Below the pieces are notes generated by a model, which had not been told where the DNA came from, made no database searches, and saw nothing but the letters and a program-made list of their open reading frames with translations. A stretch of DNA of 64,000 nt from Podarcis pityusensis (Eukaryota), in NCBI GenBank assembly GCA_964106645.2, contig OZ067046.1; one strand, written 5' to 3'. Both the position numbers and the translations under genes were made by a program. This document shows positions 50,696 to 63,935 of the stretch, piece by piece. The stretch's first letter is position 1. Each line of letters starts with the position of its first letter.

Positions 50696-51528
50696 TGTGG
50701 CCCGGGATGGAAGGACTCGCCTTCCCCATGTCAGCCTTGGCACACAGCCACGGGAAGCATCCATTATGCCCTATCAGCTCCTGGGAGTTGGGTGCAAAAA
50801 GCTATTATTACCCTTGATCATTTCCCCCCACTGCCTATTACAGCAACGTAATGATTATTTTTTAAAGCGAAAGTATTTTTTAATGGTGTTCCTTGAGTTG
50901 CATATATTTCTGCATAGTGAAAGATTCACCAGGCACCATTATCCAGTGGTGTTTCTTATCGCTTTTAGATAATTAAAATATGAAAACAGGGACGCAGATC
51001 TAACTGTAAATATATTTTGATTCTATGTTCCTTTGTGGCTAGCAACACGCACCCCCCCCCAATAAAGTCTGAAACACTTTTGCATGCAGAGGGGCTGGAG
51101 CAGGAGTTCGATAGTGAGCGGACTGTGCCCAGTAAGCTTTATCAAAGGGAAGTTAATGAGGCACAAAAGCGATTCCACTGTGTCTATTACAAAACAAGCA
51201 GAAGAAATTGTCTAAACATTGGCCTTGGATCCCATAACACTTCAGCAGCTCCAATGCTTCCCTTCCTATTGTGCTACTGGAAGAGGCAGCCAATTGGCAC
51301 TGAAAGAATGTTTCAGAGGCAGCACTTCAAAGCCATCCGGGTGCCCTTTGTACAGCTGGATAACTGATTTTTTTTCGTGCAGCTTGAAATGAAATATCCA
51401 AAACTAGAAGGAATTTGCTTCATGCTGGTATGAGGAAGGAATTCGCCAGCTGTAACTTGAAGGCAGAGAGGCCTGCGGGACTTAAGAAATCTCCTTTCCT
51501 CTAAAGGCTGAGCTTCTCTTGTCACAAG

Positions 51529-51629
51529 TCAACCTTGCCCAACCTGGTGCCCCCCCCCCCCCAGGCTGGCTGGGGCTGATGGAGGCTGTAGGCCAAAAGA
51601 TCTGGAGGGCAACAGGTTGGGGAAGGCTG
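51529..51629. mobile_element. Degenerate hAT MITE
   Basis: CAACCTTGCCCAACCTG ... CAGGTTGGGGAAGGCTG imperfect TIRs. Confidence 0.55.
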
Positions 51630-52543
51630 TCGTGGATGACTGTGAAGAGGCGTTGTCCTAGCTGTCGGGGGTATTTCATAGCATTTTGATAGGCAGGAGT
51701 TCCTACTGCCTGAGCTGCAGCCCCCTTGGCGACTGTCACTCCTGAGTGGAAGCAGCACAGATGAACAGAAAAACGCATAAGGAACAATGCCCGTACAGTC
51801 AAAACAAAGCAATCCAAAGATGCTGAGATCCTTTCCTGATCTTTGTGAAGTGTGTGTGTGTGTGTATGTGTTTGTGTCTGTTGCCACCTCATGATTAAGG
51901 GGGCAATGGGGGGGGGGAATCAGAGGATTCATAGGCACCAGTCCTCATAGGCACCAGTCCTCAGTGGTGCCACTGTGCCCACAGGTTTCTGGGAATGCAG
52001 AAATCAGGATGGCTAGAAAGTATCTGGCATGCCACAATATATGGATAGTAGGCATGCTCCAGTCTTTTGTGGGGAAACGTTCACACAGATTTATCACAAG
52101 TCTTCCAGTTTTGCATTGTGGGAACGTTGGCCTCAAAACCAGGCAAGTCTAGCTACACCCACCCCATGTGGAACCACCTTTCTTGTCTCCTCCTTCACTT
52201 TCTTCTCTGCGGCCAGGCCAGTCACTCCCTGCAAGCTATCTTTATACTTAATTTATGTATTTATTTGCAAAGCTTCTACATTGCTTCATATAAAAATATA
52301 ATGAGGCAATGGGGTGGGGGTGGGGGGAAACAATATATATTCATATAAAATTTCAACAACCATATATAAAAAAAGCTTTTATGATGCTAGATGAAAATAG
52401 AATAAAACTTTATTCCCATAGATAAAACGGAAGAGTGCAGAAAAAAGGCAGGGGGGAGACTTAGGCACCAGAGTCCAAGGAAGGCTTTGTGTGAATATAT
52501 ACGTATTTAGCAGGCATCTGCAGCCAGTTCCTGGCTCTGCCAC

Positions 52544-52545
<2 letters not shown>

Positions 52546-52579
<34 letters not shown>

Positions 52580-54010
52580 TTTATTTATATCCCGCCCTTC
52601 CCAGCTGAAGCCGGGCTCAGGGCGGCTAACAACAATAAAACAGTACAAAAGTACAGCATAAACAACACTCTAAAATCATTCATTATAAAATTATTTCATT
52701 CAAGCCACTGGCAACCATTGGGCCAGAGCTCCGCAAAGATTGCCGAGGGAGGGAGTCAGGCTGTGCCCTGGCCAAAGGTCTGGTGGAACAGCTCTGTCTT
52801 GCAGGCCCTGCGCAAAGATGTCAAGTCCCGCAGGGCCCTGGTCTCTTGTGACACAGTGTTCCACCAGATCGGAGCCACAGCCGAAAAAGCCCTGGCTCTA
52901 GTTGAGGCCAGCCTAACTTCTCTGTGGCCTGGGACCTTCAAGATGTTTTTATTTGAAGACCGTAAGTTTCTCTGTGGGGCATACCAGGAGAGGCGGTCCC
53001 GTAGGTACGAGGGTCCTAGGCCATATAGGGCTTTAAAGGTTAAAAACAGCACCTTAAACCTGATCCTGTACTCCACCGGGAGCCAGTGCAGCTGGTATAG
53101 CACCGGGTGAAAGTGATCTCGCAGCGAAGACCTCGTAAGGAGTCTCGCTGCAGCATTCTGCACCCGGTGGAGTTTCTGGGTCAGTCTCAAGGGCAGCCCC
53201 ACGTAGAGTGAGTTACAATAATCCAGTCTGGAGGTGACCGTCACGTGGATCACAGTGGCTAGGTCAGGGCGAGAGAGGTAAGGAGCCAACTGCTTAGCTT
53301 GGCGGAGATGGAAAAATGCCGCCTTTGTTATAGCTGCAATCTGCGCCTCCATGGAAAGGGAGGTGTCGAAGATTACACCCAAACTCTTAACGGACGGTGC
53401 TGGCACTAATTGCGCCCCCGCAAGAGATGGGAGTTGCCCCCCCCATCCCATATCGCCCCGTCCCAGCCACAGGACCTCTATCTTCGAAGGATTTAGCTTC
53501 AACCGGCTCCCACGTAGCCATCCAGCCACAGCTTCCAAACATCTGGTCAGTGTGTCTGGGGCCGAGTCAGGATGGCCATCCATCAACAGATAGAGTTGGG
53601 TGTCATCGGCATACTGATGGCAACCCAGCCCAAAACTCCGAACAAACTGGGCGAGGGGGCGCATAAAGATGTTGAAAAGCATCGGGGAGAGTATCACACC
53701 CTGAGGTACTCCACACACCAAGGAGTGGCGCGATGACAATTCCCCCCCAAGCGCCACCCTCTGTCCCCGACCAGAGAGAAACGAGCACAGCCATTGAAGG
53801 ACTGTGCCCTGGATCTCCACGTCGGCAAGGCAGTGGTCCAGAAGTTCGTGATCGACCATGTCGAAAGCTGCTGACAGATCTAGAAGAATCAGCAGCCCCG
53901 ACCCGCCTCGATCCAGCTGTCTATGAAGATCATCTGTTAGGGCAACCAGAGCCGTCTCGGTCCCATGACCAGCGCGGAAGCCGGACTGGAATGGATCCAG
54001 AGCCGAAGGA
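52546..54010 (-). mobile_element. Young 5'-truncated L2 LINE with uninterrupted RT domain
   Basis: LDPFQSGFRAGHGTETAL, LLDLSAAFD, GVPQGVILSPMLF, YADDTQLY, SRLDYCNSLY, LHWLPV, RAFSAVAPIWWN; stop at 52756; (TTA)n tail at 52546-52576. Confidence 0.95.
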
Positions 54011-54369
54011 GGGCACTCCAAAGAGCCAGGACTGCCAAAAAGAAAGCCCACCTTCTGGGTTGTCACCAAGTGACAATGACCAGCAGGGTTTCCTTGAAAG
54101 ATCTTAAGGCGCAACCTGGTCTTGTCAGGGAGAAGTGATCTGTTGAGGTCCCCTGGTGGCCCTGGTCCCAAGGTGGCTGCTCCAGTTTCCTCTTCCTCAA
54201 GTAGCTCAACTAGTTCAGCCAATTTCCTTCTTCACAAAGCTCCTACAAATCCCTCCAACTAGAAGACCAGGGAATGCATTAGGCCAACATGAGAGCTGCT
54301 TTACCGCGGGGTGTAACTCTTTACGTTTGAGCATGAATCCTTGCCAACAATTCTAAATAAATTCTGAGC

Positions 54370-54585
54370 TGGTTAGCATAGCATAATGGCTAAGATTACG
54401 CTACAAACTAGGATTGTCTCACTTCATATCTTGGTTCTAAACTTCTTAGGTGACCTTAGACATCTTACTATTTCCTAGCCCCTACCCGTCTGCAATATGG
54501 GAACAGTATTAATAATAATACAGACTTGGTTTTAAGGATTACTGAGACGATGCCTGTGAATTGCTCTGTACAATTTAAAGAGTTC
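54370..54585 (+). mobile_element. Ancient MIR (CORE) SINE
   Basis: GGTGACCTTAG..TCTGCAATATGGGAACAGTATTAATAATAATAC..AAGGATTA CORE-like motif. Confidence 0.55.
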
Positions 54586-54764
54586 CATTAACAATAAGCC
54601 ATAACAAATAGATGGCAATAAAAATAACAACTGCACTTTTAGCTAAAATCCCCACCCACCCACACACAGAAAAAAGAAGTTTCCCTTAAACGTGGACATA
54701 AAACAAGTGGGAATTACCAAGGTTTCTCATCAGCTGGTCTTCTGTAGTAGGTCTTATGTAGCTG

Positions 54765-55003
54765 GTAGTTGCGCCCGCCCTGTGGAACGCCCTCCCATCA
54801 GATGTCAAAGAAATAAACAACTATCTGACATTTAGAAGACATCTGAAGGCAGCCCTGTTTAGGGAAGTTTTTAATGACTGGTTTTTTAAAAAAATCTTTT
54901 GTTGGAAGCTGCCCAGAGTGGCTGGGGAAACCCAGCCAGATGGGTGGGGTGTAAAAGAAGAAGAAGAAGAAGAAGAAGAAGAAGAAGAAGAAGAAGAAGA
55001 AGA
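54765..55003 (+). mobile_element. L2 3' end with (GAA)n tail
   Basis: VVAPALWNALP..FRRHLKAALF, then GAAGCTGCCCAGAGTGGCTGGGG..GATGGGTGGGG and (GAA)n. Confidence 0.85.
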
Positions 55004-55908
55004 AGGAGTCAGGGGCTGGTTCTGAATGACTCAGCCACCTAGATCTCTATATGGGCATGGAAAGGGTTATTGTTGGGGGGGCAGGCCTTTTGTTAGGGGG
55101 GCAGAACCTCATATTGCTCTGTATTTTTATTGATTGTGGGGGGTAGCTACCCCTCTCTGCCCACCACGGCTACACCCATGGTATCTTCCAAATAATTGGC
55201 ATTTTGCCAGAAAAGGTGCCCCCCCCCCCCCCCGCTCACACAGTGGCATCATTCAGGCACAGCCCACAGCTGTGTAAGGACACATTGTGGAAAAGCTGCT
55301 TTCTGGAAGCTAACCAGGGAATCAGGATTGGGTTAAATAGTAGGTCATGTCAGAACTGCAGTAATAAATAATTCTGTGGACTAGGAAAAGAAACTGAAAA
55401 TTAATCACAATTTTTGTTTTAGATAAAAATCCTACATATAGTGCAGAGGGCTCCTTTTCCTCATTAAGAAATAAATATGATACCTGAAGCAATTTTGGGG
55501 AAAGTCTATGGTTTTGGAATGAGCGACACCACTGTCAGTAGCAAGGGGACAAGATGGGACAATGGTTGATTTCAATGGTTTCAGAGTCAAGAAAATCTAC
55601 ATGTGCCCTCTTGTGTCCGTTTAGGAAGGTACAAGCATTAGGAACTTGAAAGTCTTAATTCACATTTGGTCCATCAAAAAACTCCAAATGCCACAATTAA
55701 TGCTTATATTAGGACCAACCAAAATGTTTCAAAAGTGCGTGCAAGTTTTTGAGTTCTCCAGAACAGTCTACTAAGCAAAGTTTTGCACAAAACAAGTGTT
55801 TCTCAAAAGTCTCATCTTTTTCTGGGTTAAAATTGGAGGCATGCTTCACACCAGGGCTGCTGGATGTCCTTATTATTCTTGGAGAAATGTCAGAGGCTAT
55901 GTGAGTGT

Positions 55909-56055
55909 CAGTGGCGTAGCGTGGGTTGTCAGCACCCGGGGCAAGGCAAGTAATTTGCGCCCCCTAACCCGTGGATTTGCGCCCCCTAACCCTAACCCCC
56001 AGATGTTGCGCCCGGTGCGGCCGGCCCCCCCTGCACCCCCCACGCTACGCCACTG
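55909..56055 (+). mobile_element. 147-bp hAT MITE with internal CCCTAA repeats (copy 2)
   Basis: Perfect 17-bp TIRs CAGTGGCGTAGCGTGGG/CCCACGCTACGCCACTG; 8-bp TSD GTGAGTGT (55901-55908, 56056-56063); 3 mismatches to copy 1. Confidence 0.94.
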
Positions 56056-56296
56056 GTGAGTGTGACATGGATACATCTATTTTCTTGAGCAGCTTTCAGA
56101 AGAATGGACAAGCTTCATCTTGCAATATTACTTGCAGTTGTCGTTCCTTCTCTTTTCTGGTAGTCAGTTAGTGAGCTCTCCTAATCTTTGGCTGAAGCTC
56201 TGATCACCTCAAATTTATTCCTCACCCACCCCCAAAAAGAGTCCCCCCCCCCGCACAACAAAGCCATCCCCCTCTTGCAGCCTTGCAGGAAAACAG

Positions 56297-56548
56297 AAGA
56301 AGAAGAAGAAGAGTTTGGATTTGATATCCTGCCTTTCACTCCCCTTCAGGAGTCTCAAAGCGGCTAACACTCTCCTTTCCCTTCCTCCCCCACAACAAAC
56401 ACTCTGTGAGGTGAGTGGGGCTGAGAGACTTCAAAGAAGCGTGACTGGCCCAAGGTCACCCAGCAGCTGCATGTGGAGGAGCGGAGACGCGAACCCGGTT
56501 CCCCAGATTGCGAGACTACCGCTCTTAACCACTACACCACACTGGCTC
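56297..56548 (-). mobile_element. tRNA/CORE-like SINE with (TTC)n tail
   Basis: Reverse of the GAGCCAGTGTGGTGTAGTGG A box and GGGTTCGCG B box; possible TSD AAACAG; highly similar to 59773-60017. Confidence 0.85.
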
Positions 56549-57494
56549 AAACAGGATTGTCCTCCTGCCTCTGGTTGCATTTAAAGGTCTCTAGGCAGCT
56601 GAAGACATAGGACTTCTGCCAAACATACAGCAAGATTTCTCCATAAAGGGTGAGAGAGAGAGGAGAGGGGAAGGACTTGACATGGGAAACCCATCCTGTA
56701 CAAATCACATAGTTTTACTTGCAGTTGCACTCATTTTTGAGGGGAAATGTTAACTTGACTAAAAGGGCCTTTAAAAACTGCTTGGCAACTTTTCTTAAAA
56801 GAACTGTCAGTGAAATTCCCCTACCTGTGACAGTTTCAAAACTCCCATTTATTTCAATGAGAGAGTTTTTAAGTGTTATATACAGATACCAAATGTACTG
56901 ATTTCAGTGTAAATTCCTACATAAGAATGGCCATATAGTTAAGCCAAATGGGTCAAACACCATTATACCACTATAAAGTCTAGATATTTAGAATGCTAAT
57001 AAAACTAAGAAGATTTATCCCATCTGGTCCCCCCCCCCTTTTAACCTCCCAAAATGAAGTGACTGTTAAAACAGAGCTTTGTGTCTCTGTGTGAACAGCT
57101 GCATTTGAATTTATGCATCAATAGCAGTCTCACAGCCAGTCTTGCTCAGGAATTCTGAGAAACCAAAAAAATCAGTGCAGTTTTGAAAAGTTTAGTCTTC
57201 CATCTTGATTCAAAATGGCATCCAATTGTACACTACCATCTGCTTGAAATTTGGTATAAAGTGCATGCTGAAATATATTAATAACAAAGTCAATGCAATT
57301 GGCTACTTATTGTATCAACTCTTCCCACTTGAGTCGGAAAAAGCAATTGCTTGCACTAAATGGAGACTTTTGGATTTAAATCTGCAAAATTCATCAATCT
57401 TGGCAAGTGGTGTTTGTTAAATCTCAGCCTACACTGCAACACAGGGTCAATTATCACCCCCCGAGTACCTGATAACATTAAATATCCCTGCACA

Positions 57495-57700
57495 GTCTCT
57501 CTGGCTAGGCTAAGTGCATTCCCACCTGCAGTTATGAAAGGCTGTTTTACAAGCTACGTTGGCACTTGAGAGCCCGTCCCTGGGGGTGTGGCACAGTGGA
57601 AACAGTGGGCCATGTTCTTTTATATTGCAATTTTTATAGAGTTATAAAATCTAAATTTTATTGTCGCAACTTTTTCTTTATTTTGGGGAAAACTTATTGT
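57495..57700 (+). mobile_element. RTE-X-like LINE 3' fragment
   Basis: LARLSAFPPAVMKG../..GCGTVETVGHVLLYCNFYR resembles the C-terminus at ~20700-20840. Confidence 0.6.
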
Positions 57701-58299
57701 TTTATGGGCCATACCAATGTTAGTCATATTTGGAGCAGATCCACAGAAATCAGCTGATTTAACTGGATGCCACACTCTGTTTCTGCCTCATTGGCAGATT
57801 TTAATATCAGGTCTACAGGAACTACAGCTAAGTTTCTTACTGTGAGCATTAAAACAATGTCACATATATTAATATGAGTTGCTCTGAGTATTTCTTATTT
57901 ATTAAATATGCATGTGGCACCAATACTGAAGCTTCTAGACAATTTGCAACATACAAAATGGGAAATACAATAAATACAATTTGTTATAAGTTCAATTATA
58001 TGACAGCACCAATAACACACCCCTCCACAATACAAAGCTATACAGAAGAAGCTTCCCCATTGAAAATTTCACCCCCAAAACAATATTAAAAGCTGTAAGC
58101 AGGAGGAAGATGTTAACTCTAAAAGCCTAAAAACTGTGCCACTGCAAAATCTAATAAAACTGATGAAATCTGCTTAAAAGTCTGGGAAAAGATAGATGTG
58201 TTTCTGTCTGGCGTCAAAGACTGCACAGATGGCACCAAGTGAGTTTCCCCGGGGAAAGTGATCCATAAGGTAGGGGGGCAACCACTGAAATCACCCCCA

Positions 58300-59130
58300 C
58301 ACTTTGGATTGGAAGGTGCCCTCTGATCAGGGCATCCTAAGATTATTTTAAGGTTCAGGGATGGTAATATGAGAAGAAGCATTCCTTCAGGTACTGTGGA
58401 ATCCACACTCTGTAAGACTTTATAGGTTAATACTCAACATCTTGAATTAGGTCTAGAAATGCACTGGCAGTAAGGATGCCTGGTCCTCCTAAGTAACTTC
58501 ACTGCTGAATTCTAAACCAGTTGACGTTTCTGGACAGTGTTTAAGGGCAGTCCCACATATAACATGTTACGGTAATCTAGCAAAGGATAGATCACTTATA
58601 CAAGGTTATTCCTAGGCAGATTGAGGGTCACACCTGAACCTCCATTCTAAGCTGGTGAAACTGACGGAGGCCTGCAGAGACAAAGATGGATCTATGAATA
58701 CCCCAAGCTCCCAACCTGATCCTTCAAGAGGTGTGGAAGCCCCTCCAGAAATGGTTGAACACCACTTAACCAAACCAAGCAACTACTCACAAACAGTGTA
58801 TCTGTCTTGTCTGGATTTAGCCTCAGTTTGTTGGCTCTCATCCAGTCCATGACCATGTGGAAGCACCTGTCCCTCCCATCCACCCCTGCACCTGATGAAG
58901 ATGAAAAGAAGAAATACCACTGTATTTCATCAGTATGCTGATAACAATGCTCTCCTAAACTCCAGATAACCACTCAGTGGTTTCATGTAGCTATTAAATA
59001 GCATGAAGGATAAGCTGAACCCCTGCGGAACCCAGTCTATGTAACTAAACACAAACGGCACACCACCACCTTCTGGGACCAACCATCCAGGTAGGAATGG
59101 AAGAACTACACAGCAGTGCTTTGAACAGCC
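58300..59130 (-). mobile_element. Old L2 ORF2 fragment
   Basis: Degenerate CYQHTDEIQWY (QYADDTQLY) and DWMRANKLRLNPDKT. Confidence 0.75.
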
Positions 59131-59136
59131 ATTCTA

Positions 59137-59137
<1 letters not shown>

Positions 59138-59174
<37 letters not shown>

Positions 59175-59320
59175 ATTTTATTATTTATACCCTACCCATC
59201 TGGCTGGGTTGCCCCAGCCACCTGGGCGACTTCCAACACACATAAAAACATAATGAAAACTTTAAAACATTAAAAACTTCCCAATTCAGGGCTGCCTTCA
59301 GACGTCTTCTGAAAGTCGTA
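59138..59320 (-). mobile_element. L2 3' end with (CTA)n tail
   Basis: Reverse complement of the 54765 family 3' end; (TAG)n at 59138-59173. Confidence 0.8.
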
Positions 59321-59772
59321 TAATGCCTTGGTCAATTATATGAAAAGCCAATAGGGTTTGTGCCAACTATTAAGATAACTCATAAGCATCTGGATCAGAA
59401 AATCAGATCAAAATATCAATGTGGTGTAATACAATAGTCAGTTGCTACAATGCCCTCCTCGTGAAGTGTTCCAACTATGACAATTATTTAATATCTGCAT
59501 CACCAATTACTCCAACATCCTGCCTATTGCAAAAAAACCTATATCCTGGACAAGTCCTTTCATGTGTGTACAGCCCAAGGCGGTGCCTTCCTCAGGAGAT
59601 TTCAGCCTGCACCAGGTGTGAACAATTTTTGGGAACTTGGAAGCTGGTCTCCAATGAAAAATTTGCTGACAATATGAAAGAACTTGGTGTGGGCCACCAA
59701 GAAGTTAGCAAGTGTTGCCAAGCCCAATGTGATCATCAATTGCAATGGAGAGGTTATAACCCACAAAGCAGA

Positions 59773-60017
59773 GAGCCAGTGTGGTGTAGTGTTTAAGAGT
59801 GGTGGACTCGTAATCTGGTGAACCAGGTTCGCTTCCCCGCTCCTCCACATGCAGCTGCTGGGTGACCTTGGGCTAGTCACACTTCTTTGAAGTCTCTCAG
59901 CCTCACTCACTTCACAGAATGTTTGTGGTGGGGGAGGAAGGGAAAGGAGATTGTTAGCTGTTTGGAGACTCCTTAGGGTAGTGATAAAGCAGGATATCAA
60001 ATCCAAACTCTTCTTCT
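59773..60017 (+). mobile_element. tRNA/CORE-like SINE with (TTC)n tail
   Basis: GAGCCAGTGTGGTGTAGTG head, CCAGGTTCGC B box, GGGTGACCTTGGGC core, ATCCAAACTCTTCTTCT end. Confidence 0.85.
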
Positions 60018-62884
60018 AGTTTAAAGAGCACAAGAGATTTCCTTCAGACTGGGGGGAGAGTTTGATAAGGCCACAGCAGATGACAGGAAAGTAAAGACTG
60101 TTGTGACGTTAGACAATGAGACACTCAATCAGTTGCAAAAATAGGGTGGCAAAAATACTACAATAAAAAGAAAAATAACAGAAGGAAAGCTGGTTGTGAA
60201 ATGAACGGCGTTATCTGCACCAGAGTATATGAGAAAGCAGGAAGACAGACTCCTTGCCCTGTGCAATTAATGGGACACAAAAGCAGGAGAGCCCCACAAG
60301 GCACTTGCTTGCTTTCTTCAAAGAACTGAGACATTATCAACAGACCCATTCCAAAGAACCTTTATACAGTATCTAACCCAAAAGTATTGTGACTTTTCAA
60401 TAAAGTGCTTAATGGGGGGTGGGGAGAGAAACTTGGATAGTGCCAATGTTGCTATGCAGAGAATGAAATACCACACTGTGCCAGATAAGACGTACTGGTT
60501 ATGACTATTGAAGTTGCCCGATACATTTAACCTCTATAACTCCAACACATTGTCCAAGGCCACTTCCATGCTGAGCCCACTGAGAAACAAAGGAAGCATA
60601 CAAATGCAAAACAAAACAAACAAAAACAAAGTCACTGCAGATTATCTCTGGATCTAATGAAGAAAAACAGGCCTGGGGAATTTGCATAGAGAATAACAAC
60701 AACATTCGCTTCAATTTAACAGTGTTGTGGGTCCAGCTGGAAGAGCCGGTTTTCAAAATGGTATTCTTTTTAATAACAAAGAAAAGGTATGCCTGAAACA
60801 AAAGTATACTGAAAAGCCTGGCTGATTTTCATACACCACCGAAAGGAATAAGGTAAGTCTAGACTGCGCAAGAACATATTTTCCAGAAGAAATTTTGCAT
60901 GATCTTTTATACTGCTGTTCAAAATGAACTCTGAAAGCATGCATGGACAGACTCAACGCTGTGTTTTGCCTGAGCTTTGACAGCTATGCAAGTGCTGTAT
61001 ATATGTTGTTTACTGTTGGTGGTGGCTTGAATGTAACAATATTAACTAGGAAACTTCAGTCTTAAAAAATAAATCAAAAAGATCTCCTTTGGCACACACT
61101 TTTACAACATGCATTTTTGAAGTTTATTTAAACTGGGAGCCACAAAGTACTCTAAAGCAACCTGGGACTTTGAATACCACTGTGGCTAATGCTAGAAAAC
61201 GAGTTTAATTTTACAAATCAAGTAAATATGGGTTCAGAGAGCTAACAATTTTGTAATAAAATAAGGGAGGAGAGGAATTTCCAAGAAATGGAATGGTATT
61301 TGCAGTCAAGAATTAAAAGGCCGTCTCCTTAACCAAAGAGGAAAATGCCTCCAGGCTGCGATGTGAGAATAGTTTCAAAAAAATGTGAGTCAGGGTAGGC
61401 AGCCTTCTTTGTGGCCCATCTTGCATCAAGGGCAGAGGGCATCCCATGTTGCAAGCAGGTGAAGAAAGAGGGAAAATTATACCGAGTAGCTCCATGTTAT
61501 TATTCCAAGAAATGCACCTTTCTGGGCATACAGAGTCCAATATGGGAAGACATAGGCTGAATGGCTGCGCCAATGGGCTCACGCCCATGGTCTCATTGCA
61601 TCTGAGCAGAAAGCTGTACAGCATTTTCCTGCGGATAGAGCTGCTAGGTTTTCTCTGTTGCATGTAACTTTATTTCCAGCTTTAATACACAACCTCAGCT
61701 TTTAACAAAGATATGTTTCAAAGCTGCTTACTCTTACTAATGACCAATAAGTTACAAAATAAAGGCTTTTATATTGTTTCAATATGGAAATTTTCCATGT
61801 AAGCAGATTTATTACATTATAAAAATATTTACATTAAAAAAAAACAACCCGCCCCAAATCCTTTAGCGTTTGACTTTAAGGCCATGAAGGAATATAATAT
61901 GCTATAAAATTAGCTTTAAGTCATGTAAATATCCCCTAATTCCCTTTGCTCTAGGCAAAAGATGGTATCTCTGAGGGAGAAGATTTTTCAAGCTTAGGGA
62001 CCCTTATTTAGCATCTCAGCAGTAAAAGCCACTAAAGCATTGCCATTACCTCTGCATTACTATTTATGAAGAACAAAGGCTTCTCTTAGGCCTGAAACCA
62101 TATTGGTGCAATTAAAGTCTGCTAATAACAATTGAGAGTATTTTCATAAGCCAGTGCAAACTGGGGTTTTGATCTTTGATGAAAAGATTCAATCAGGAAT
62201 TTCTAACACACTGTAATTGTTGTAAAAACTGCTAACTCGGTAAAAGGGTTAGAGAATTCACATCCTGTCAATCTGTCTCCATGAGATCATTCTCTAGAGC
62301 CAACTCTTCAATTACATTATATATAATCCTCGTTTGATTGTCCTGCTGCGCTTCATAAAGGAAACCTTTTTCAGGTTCCCAAAGTTCACTCGGCGTCGCC
62401 TTGAGAATTCTTATTTGTAAATCCATTGTGTGGTAAATATATATTTTTTATATTGTAAGCTGCCCTGTGATCTTTGAATGAAGGGTGGTGTAGAAATTTA
62501 ATTAATAATAATAGAAACAAAGGAATGTGATTTAAAAGAAAAATGAAAGCATACAATAGGAGAGGATACAAAGCAGATCCATGCAAAAATACAAATTGAA
62601 AATGGTGGTGGGAGAGGGGTTCAGTGGTCTTCTCTTGCAGTGCAGAAATCAGCATATTCACTTAACCCAAGGCATATTCAGATTGAGACTCTATGAAAGG
62701 GTGGCTTCCAGCTCTGGCAACTGGGTTGCCGCGGATGGAGCTTGCACTTCCCTGTGAAGGAGCAGCTACATAGCTTGGAGGTGCTCCAAGCTCCACCATG
62801 AAAGGCCCAGGGGAAACCAGCATCTTGGAGCTCCCAGTACCAGCTTTGGTTCATTTGCCAGCTATGGTTGTTCATGGAAAGAAA

Positions 62885-63935
62885 TAGCCTTGCCAAAGTG
62901 GTCTGTGCATTTGAAACCTCACGTCTAGGTTACTGTGATGCATTTTACCTTTACACCTAATTTGGAAGTTGCAGCTAGTGCCAGGTTCTGCAGTGGGGCA
63001 CCCCACTCTGCACGACGACTTACTCTGGCTTCCTATTAGCTGGGCCAGTCTCAAAGTTTTTTTGTGGACATTTAAGATGTAAGATGGGGGACACCTGGCT
63101 TGCAAGCAGGCCATGTGAAAAGGATCTAGGGGTCTTGGTGGACCACAAGCTGCACATGACTCAACAGTGTGATGCAGCAGCAAAAAAAGCTAATGCTATT
63201 CTAGGCTGCATCAACAGAAGTATAATGTCCAGATCAAGGCAAGTAATGGTACCACTCTATTCTGCCTTAGTCAGACCACACCTGGAATACTGTGTCTAGT
63301 TCTGGGCACCACAGTTTAAGAAGAATGTTGACAAGCTGGAACATGCGCAGAGGAGGGTGACCAAGATGATCAGGGGTCTGGAAACCAAGTCTTACGAGGA
63401 ACATTGAAGGATCTGGGTATGTTTTGCCTGGAAAAGAGGAGACTGAGAAGAGATATGATAGTCATCAAATATGTCAAAGGCTCTCACATGGAAGAGGGAA
63501 CAAGCTTGTTTTCTTCTGCTCTGGCGGGTAGGACTCCAACCAATGGCTTCAAGTTACAAGAAGGAGATTCCGACTAAGCATACAGAAAAACATTCTGACA
63601 GTAAGAGCTCTTCAGCAGTGAAACAGACTCCCTTGGAAGGTGCTGGACTCTCCATCCCTGGAGGTTTTTAAGCAGAGGTTAGATGGCCATCTGTCATGGA
63701 TGCTTTAGCTGAGAGTCCTGCATTGCAGGGGGTTGGACTAGATGACTCTTGGAGATCCCTTCCAACTCTATTATTCTATTATTTAAAGCCCAAAACAACT
63801 TGGGATCAGGATACCTAGCAGGAAGCTACCTCCCATTCGTGGTTCAGACAAAAGCAAATCTTAAGCTCCTCCAAAAACTCTGCTGGCTGGTGACAGATTG
63901 GAAGTTGGCATTCTCAGCGGTGGCAACCATCCTTC
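62885..63935 (+). mobile_element. Old L2 fragment split by a CR1 insertion
   Basis: TSRLGYCDA..WKLQLV..LWLPI at 62885-63060 continues after the CR1 as FKAQNNLGSGYL..AFSAVA (63781-63935). Confidence 0.65.
63075..63780 (+). mobile_element. 5'-truncated CR1 LINE
   Basis: [61 protein letters not shown]; ends TTCCAACTCTATTATTCTAT. Confidence 0.93.

Noticed and set aside
51930-51963. 16-bp direct repeat CATAGGCACCAGTCCT x2 (similar ones at ~8848 and ~47621)
   Set aside because: Two-copy slippage duplications with no spacers; not CRISPR-like.
52756-54222. 488-aa ORF as a domesticated or novel reverse transcriptase gene
   Set aside because: It starts at TTG; the first ~72 aa are flanking read-through and the rest is a 5'-truncated L2 lacking the endonuclease, with a normal 3' tail.
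55700-55765. Possible Penelope-like fragment
   Set aside because: Too short and degenerate to support without a database search.
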